Below, piece after piece: positions 59,289 to 64,000 of a stretch of DNA of 64,000 nucleotides (positions are counted from its first letter, which is position 1; every line of letters starts with the position of its first letter). Below the pieces are notes generated by a model, which was not told where the DNA came from, did not search any database, and was given only the letters and a program-made list of their open reading frames with translations. Source of the stretch: Alphaproteobacteria bacterium (GTDB lineage Bacteria > Pseudomonadota > Alphaproteobacteria > UBA7985 > JAUIBT01); contig JAUIBT010000004.1 of NCBI GenBank assembly GCA_030428255.1, positions 66,604-130,603 of the forward strand. The letters are read 5' to 3'. Made by a program: the position numbers and the translations under genes.

Positions 59289-60050
59289 TCAAAGAAGCCG
59301 TGCCAATCCTAACAGCGACAGACCCAAGAGTAACAGGAGGCAAAACAGCCGATAAAAGGGCTGCAGAGAGGGCCGGAACAGCCGCGCGCCACCAAACACA
59401 CCCAGCACCGCGACCGGCAGCAGGGTTGCCGCGCGCCACAGGGTCAAGGCATCCAGCCAGCCGCCAAGATACAAGAAGATCCAGCCGGTTGAGATCGACA
59501 GCGACAAGTACAGCACCATGGTCGCGCGCATGACCTTGGGCTCGCGATCACTGATCAGCGTATAGAGCGCCACCACCAGACCACCGACACCGGCCAGCCC
59601 TGCCGCCAGGCCTGCGCCGAGCCCTGCACCAAGGCGCATCGGCAAACCGTCAATCGACGGCGGGCGCACCTTGGCCAACTGCAACAAGGTCAGACCCATG
59701 ATGACACTGAGCGCGGCAAAGCGCGAGCTGTCTGGTGCCAGCCAATTGGTCAGCGCGATGCCAAAGGGGTAGCCCAGCCAGTTGCCAAACAGCAAGGTGA
59801 AGGCGATCTTGCGATCCGCGATGGCCCAGCCACCGCGAACCAACATCAAAGAGGCAGCCAACTCCAGGAAATAAGCCACCGCAATCAGCTCTTTGGGCGG
59901 CAAGAACAACGATAGGGAGGCCACGATCAGCGCCGTCATGCCAAAGCCGGAAAAGCCCCGTACCAGGCCAGCGACAAACACCGTCGCCAGGGTGATGATC
60001 AATTCAAGGTCTGAAAGCTGAAGCCAGGCGGCGAGTTCGGAGAATGCCAC
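59289..60050 (-). CDS. TSUP-family (TauE/SafE) sulfite/anion exporter
   Basis: Two 4-TM repeats with VAGLVRGFSGFG... and GVGGLVVALYTL motifs. Confidence 0.8.
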   Translation of the reverse strand: MAFSELAAWLQLSDLELIITLATVFVAGLVRGFSGFGMTALIVASLSLFLPPKELIAVAYFLELAASLMLVRGGWAIADRKIAFTLLFGNWLGYPFGIALTNWLAPDSSRFAALSVIMGLTLLQLAKVRPPSIDGLPMRLGAGLGAGLAAGLAGVGGLVVALYTLISDREPKVMRATMVLYLSLSISTGWIFLYLGGWLDALTLWRAATLLPVAVLGVFGGARLFRPSLQPFYRLFCLLLLLGLSLLGLARLL

Positions 60051-60053
60051 GAG

Positions 60054-60983
60054 CTACATCAACTGGGTCAAAAGCGCCACCACGGTGGCAATCGACATCA
60101 GCGTGCTGACCAAAATGATAGCTGAGACCCGCTGCACCGCTTTGCCCGCTTGTTCGGCCAGCACAAAGACGTTGCCCGCCGTTGGCAAGGCGGTCAGCAC
60201 CAGGCCGGTTGTCAGCCATAAGGGCTCAAGGCCGACCGCAAGCGCTATGGCCAAAAAGACGGCAGGCAAAGCAAACAGCTTTAAGGCGATGGGGGCTGCG
60301 ATCTGAACCCGCTCGCCTTTCAACGGGCGCACGGCCAGCGATGCGCCAATGGCAAAAAGAGCCGTCGGCCCCGCTGCGCCCGACAGGAAATTGACTGAGT
60401 TTTGCAGCACGCCAGGGATGCCGACGCCCGTTGCTGACAGCACAACGCCCAAGATCAGCGTGATGATGAAGGGATGGAACAGCAGCTTGGCGCCCAGGTT
60501 CGATAACAGCGGTCCAACGGACATCTGTCCGCGCTTGGCGTCGTATTCGACCAGCAGAACGGTGATGCCCGTCACCACCGCCATGTCGGCGGCGGTTGCC
60601 ACCAGCGCTGGTACCGCGGCCTCTGGCCCAAACAGGCTGGCGGCCAAGGGAATGCCCATGTAACCGACGTTGCCCCAAGAGGCGCCCAGGCCCATCAGGG
60701 CTGCTTCGGACAGACTGGTTTTAAAGACGCCCAAGCTGACCGCCATAGCCAAAGCGTATATGAGGATCTCGGCGGCTAGATAGCTGACCAAGAAACGCGG
60801 ATTGACCAGCTCGGTGATCTGCGAGGCCGCGATGACACTGATAATCAGGCAGGGCATGGCGAACTTGATGACAAAGGTGTTCATGCCCGCGACGCCCGCC
60901 TCGTTGATCCAGTTCAGGCGGCCAGCGAAATAGCCCAGAGCGATCAGGCCAAAGAAGGGCAAAAGAATCGGAAACAGCGTCAT
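60054..60983 (-). CDS. AEC-family (auxin efflux carrier-like) transporter
   Basis: 10-TM membrane protein MTLFPILLPFFGLIALGYFAGR... typical of the AEC/malonate uptake family. Confidence 0.8.
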   Translation of the reverse strand: MTLFPILLPFFGLIALGYFAGRLNWINEAGVAGMNTFVIKFAMPCLIISVIAASQITELVNPRFLVSYLAAEILIYALAMAVSLGVFKTSLSEAALMGLGASWGNVGYMGIPLAASLFGPEAAVPALVATAADMAVVTGITVLLVEYDAKRGQMSVGPLLSNLGAKLLFHPFIITLILGVVLSATGVGIPGVLQNSVNFLSGAAGPTALFAIGASLAVRPLKGERVQIAAPIALKLFALPAVFLAIALAVGLEPLWLTTGLVLTALPTAGNVFVLAEQAGKAVQRVSAIILVSTLMSIATVVALLTQLM

Positions 60984-61230
60984 GCGAGCGCCTCTGTTGT
61001 CAAAGAGGATGGAGCGTCCCGGCCCAGGCTGCTGCCGTCCAATTTGGACGGAATTGTTGACATGTGCAGGGTGTTCGCCGGTCTCTCATACTCCTTTCCT
61101 TGGTCTTTGCCATTGAATAAAGCGGCGGTCTGGTCCACATGAAAAGCAGGTCTGACGGCTAAGCGCCGCCCGCGCGGATCGCGGCTGCCGTCAGGATAGC
61201 AAAACAATAAGCACTTAGGAGACACAATCC

Positions 61231-61842
61231 ATGTCCGGTCCCTTTACTCTGCCTGCCCTTCCCTATGCAGAAGACGCTCTGGCCCCCGTTATTTCTTCGC
61301 AGACCGTTGGCCTGCATTACGGCAAGCACCACAAGACCTATTTCGACAAGCTGAACGGCTTGGTTGAAGGCACCGACATGGCGGGCATGAGCCTGGAAGA
61401 GGTGGTACTGAAATCCAAGGACGGCGGCGCGCTGCAAGGCGTTTTCAACAACGCTGGCCAGGCTTGGAACCACATTTTGTACTGGGAGCAGTTCCACGCT
61501 CAGGGCGCACGCACCCCGGCTGGCAAGCTGGCTGAGCTGGTTGAGCGCGACTTCGGCTCGTTCGACGCCATGAAGGAGCAGTTCGTCAACACCGCCGTCA
61601 ATGTGTTTGGCTCAGGCTGGGCTTGGCTGGTGCTGGATGGTGGCAAGCTGTCGCTGATGGGCACCTCAAACGCCGACAACCCGCTGGCGCACGGCAAGAC
61701 CGCGCTGTGTGGTTTGGACGTGTGGGAGCATGCCTACTACCTGGACTACCAAAACCTGCGCCCCAAGCATTGCCAAGCCGTGCTGGATGGCCTGGTCAAC
61801 TGGTCCTACGTGGGCGAGAAGCTGGAAACTGCCCTGGGTTAA
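61231..61842 (+). CDS. sodB: Fe-type superoxide dismutase
   Basis: FTLPALPYAEDALAPVISSQTVGLHYGKHHKTYFDKLN...DVWEHAYYLDYQNLRP metal ligands and Fe-SOD signature. Confidence 0.93.
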   Translation: MSGPFTLPALPYAEDALAPVISSQTVGLHYGKHHKTYFDKLNGLVEGTDMAGMSLEEVVLKSKDGGALQGVFNNAGQAWNHILYWEQFHAQGARTPAGKLAELVERDFGSFDAMKEQFVNTAVNVFGSGWAWLVLDGGKLSLMGTSNADNPLAHGKTALCGLDVWEHAYYLDYQNLRPKHCQAVLDGLVNWSYVGEKLETALG

Positions 61843-61881
61843 GCCGGACGCGCTCTGCGCTTTTTGAGCCCCAAGCGACAA

Positions 61882-61912
61882 AGAGGCACCCCGCCGGGTG
61901 CCTCTTTTTTTG
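61882..61912 (+). terminator. rho-independent terminator of sodB
   Basis: 10-bp perfect stem AGAGGCACCC/GGGTGCCTCT with CGCC loop followed by TTTTTTT. Confidence 0.85.
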
Positions 61913-61931
61913 TGACCGAAAGGGTTGGGCG

Positions 61932-63617
61932 TCAGTTGCCCAAGATGCCCGGCAGGCGCAAGCCGTGGGCCTTGGCGCAGTCGATGGCGGTCTCATAGCC
62001 CGCATCCGCGTGCCGCCAGACGCCCGAGGCCGGGTCGTTCCACAAAACGCGCTCCAACCGCTTGGCCGCTTCGGGGGTTCCGTCGGCGACGATCACCACG
62101 CCCGCGTGCTGCGAAAAGCCCATGCCGACCCCGCCGCCGTGGTGCAAGCTGACCCAGGTCGCGCCCGAGGCTGTGTTGACCAAGGCGTTGAGTAGCGGCC
62201 AGTCAGACACGGCATCCGAGCCATCCTTCATCGCTTCGGTCTCGCGGTTGGGTGAGGCCACAGAGCCGGAATCCAGGTGGTCGCGACCGATAACGATGGG
62301 CGCTTTCAGTTCGCCCGAGGCCACCATGTCATTGAACATCAGGCCCGCGCGGTGGCGGTCGCCCAAGCCGATCCAACAGATGCGCGCGGGAAGACCCTGG
62401 AAGGCAATGCGCTCGCTGGCCATATCGAGCCAACGGTGCAGGTGCTGGTTGTCCGGGAACAGCTTTTTCATCGCCGCGTCGGTCTTGTGGATGTCTTCGG
62501 GATCGCCTGACAGCGCACACCAGCGGAAGGGGCCAATGCCCTCGCAGAACAGTGGGCGGATGTAGGCCGGGACAAAGCCCGGGAAAGCGAAGGCGTTTTC
62601 CAAGCCCTCCTCAAGCGCGACTTGGCGGATGTTGTTGCCATAGTCCAGCGTCGGCACGCCCGCGTTCCAAAAGTCCACCATGGCGGCGACGTGGGTTTTC
62701 ATTGAGGCGCGCGCGGCTGCCTCAACCGCTTTGGGGTCGCTGACCTGCGTGTCGCGCCACTTGGACAAGCTCCAGCCCTGCGGCAGATAACCATGCACCG
62801 GATCATGGGCCGAGGTCTGATCGGTGACTATATCCGGACGCACCCCGCGGGCGTAGATCTCTGGAAAGATGTCGGCGGCATTGCCAATCAGCGCGACCGA
62901 CTTGGCCTCACCGGCGGCGGTCCAGGCCTCGATCATGGCCAGCGCCTCGTCCAGCGAGTGGGTCTTGGCGTCGCAATAGCGGGTGCGGATGCGGAAGTCC
63001 GCGCGGGTCTCGTCGCACTCGACCGCCAAGCAGCAGGCCCCTGCGAAGACCGCCGCCAAGGGTTGCGCGCCACCCATGCCGCCAAGCCCTGCCGTCAAGA
63101 TCCAGCGCCCTTTCAGCGAGCCGTCGTAGTGCTGGCGCCCGGCCTCGGCAAAGGTCTCATAGGTGCCCTGCACGATGCCTTGGGTGCCGATGTAGATCCA
63201 AGAGCCCGCCGTCATCTGGCCGTACATCATCAGGCCTTTTTTATCCAAGGCGTTGAAGTGATCCCAGGTTGCCCAATGCGGCACCAAATTCGAGTTGGCG
63301 ATCAAGACGCGCGGTGCATCGGCGTGGGTGCGTACGATGGCCACCGGCTTGCCCGACTGCACCACCAGGGTCTCGTCGGCTTCCAGATCCTTGAGCCCAG
63401 CAACGATGCGATCAAAGTCCTGCCAAGTGCGGGCCGCCCGGCCAATACCGCCGTAGACCACCAGCTCGTGTGGGTTTTCGGCCACGTCAGGGTGCAAGTT
63501 GTTCATCAGCATGCGCATGGCCGCTTCGGTCTGCCAGCTCTTGGCGCTGATCTTGGTGCCGGTCGGTGCAAAGACGTCACGGCGGTTGTGTCTCGGGTTG
63601 GGTTGGGGATCGGTCAT
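61932..63617 (-). CDS. hutU: urocanate hydratase
   Basis: 561 aa full-length match to urocanase family (…[39 protein letters not shown]…). Confidence 0.95.
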   Translation of the reverse strand: MTDPQPNPRHNRRDVFAPTGTKISAKSWQTEAAMRMLMNNLHPDVAENPHELVVYGGIGRAARTWQDFDRIVAGLKDLEADETLVVQSGKPVAIVRTHADAPRVLIANSNLVPHWATWDHFNALDKKGLMMYGQMTAGSWIYIGTQGIVQGTYETFAEAGRQHYDGSLKGRWILTAGLGGMGGAQPLAAVFAGACCLAVECDETRADFRIRTRYCDAKTHSLDEALAMIEAWTAAGEAKSVALIGNAADIFPEIYARGVRPDIVTDQTSAHDPVHGYLPQGWSLSKWRDTQVSDPKAVEAAARASMKTHVAAMVDFWNAGVPTLDYGNNIRQVALEEGLENAFAFPGFVPAYIRPLFCEGIGPFRWCALSGDPEDIHKTDAAMKKLFPDNQHLHRWLDMASERIAFQGLPARICWIGLGDRHRAGLMFNDMVASGELKAPIVIGRDHLDSGSVASPNRETEAMKDGSDAVSDWPLLNALVNTASGATWVSLHHGGGVGMGFSQHAGVVIVADGTPEAAKRLERVLWNDPASGVWRHADAGYETAIDCAKAHGLRLPGILGN

Positions 63618-64000
63618 GCTTGGCCTTTCAGCGCGAGCGCGCGAGTCTCTAAGGTTTCAAGGATGGTTTTCAACGGGCGACGGAAGGCCTTAGCCTTGGC
63701 CGCATCGTAAGCAAAAGGCGGCGCTTCGCTGGCCAGATAAGCCAGTTGGGTCACTTCCATTTGGATGGCGTGGACGCCGTGGCTGGGCTGGCCATAGTGG
63801 CGCGTGGTCCAGCCACCACGAAAGCGGCCATTGAGCACGCTGGTGTAGCCCTGGGCCTGCTGACAGAGGGCGACAACGGCGTCTTGCAGCTCGGGCGCAC
63901 AGGTCTGGCCGTCGTTGGTGCCGACATTGAAATCTGGCAAGCGCCCCTCAAACAAGTAGGGAATGCGCGAGCGGATCGAATGGCAGTCGTACAAGATCGC
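63614..64000 (-). CDS. hutG: N-formylglutamate amidohydrolase (C-terminal part; N-terminus beyond window end)
   Basis: C-terminal ...[30 protein letters not shown]... matches the N-formylglutamate deformylase family; overlaps hutU start by 4 bp. Confidence 0.75.
   Translation of the reverse strand, partial: AILYDCHSIRSRIPYLFEGRLPDFNVGTNDGQTCAPELQDAVVALCQQAQGYTSVLNGRFRGGWTTRHYGQPSHGVHAIQMEVTQLAYLASEAPPFAYDAAKAKAFRRPLKTILETLETRALALKGQA

Overview
This is a high-GC (~60-63%) proteobacterial chromosomal segment. The gene content suggests an alphaproteobacterium-like organism: a eukaryote-type NADP isocitrate dehydrogenase, dapD/dapE, glnE, Fe-SOD, and hutU/hutG. This is mostly core housekeeping sequence. 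The core genes are rpoC (partial) and rpoB, rplL and rplJ, two tandem ChaC-like gamma-glutamylcyclotransferases plus AMP nucleosidase, icd, a LOG-family hydrolase, dapE and dapD, a 1026-aa hybrid PAS/histidine-kinase/receiver/Hpt sensor, cobO, glnE, gyrA, tRNA-Glu(UUC), an L,D-transpeptidase, phnM plus a PHP phosphoesterase, sdaA, TauE/SafE and AEC transporters, sodB with a clean intrinsic terminator, hutU, and a partial N-formylglutamate amidohydrolase.

The non-core items are:
- A secreted cysteine-rich protein with seven ~31-aa 4-Cys repeats sits between rplL and rpoB, which is normally a tightly packed operon junction. rplK and rplA are missing upstream of rplJ.
- A ~1.7 kb low-GC islet at 35.65-37.43 kb encodes a small membrane protein and a lipase-class-3 (GHSLGG) protein interrupted by an in-frame TAG.
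- A ~1.4 kb lower-GC insertion at 53.9-55.5 kb encodes a 455-aa protein with a textbook PD-(D/E)xK nuclease motif. It lies between phnM and an L,D-transpeptidase, 1.4 kb from tRNA-Glu.
- A membrane-anchored LysM protein contains 12 near-perfect 54-bp tandem repeats.
- There are two intergenic tandem-repeat loci (104 bp x2 and 35 bp x~3.7) that share no core with each other; a third, dispersed copy of the 104-bp unit's core lies at 33.63 kb.
- Two pentapeptide-repeat paralogs are present, one apparently frameshifted.

No CRISPR arrays, rRNA genes or obvious transposases were seen. Many long ORFs in the six-frame track are antisense shadows of real genes, which is typical of high-GC DNA, and were not called.
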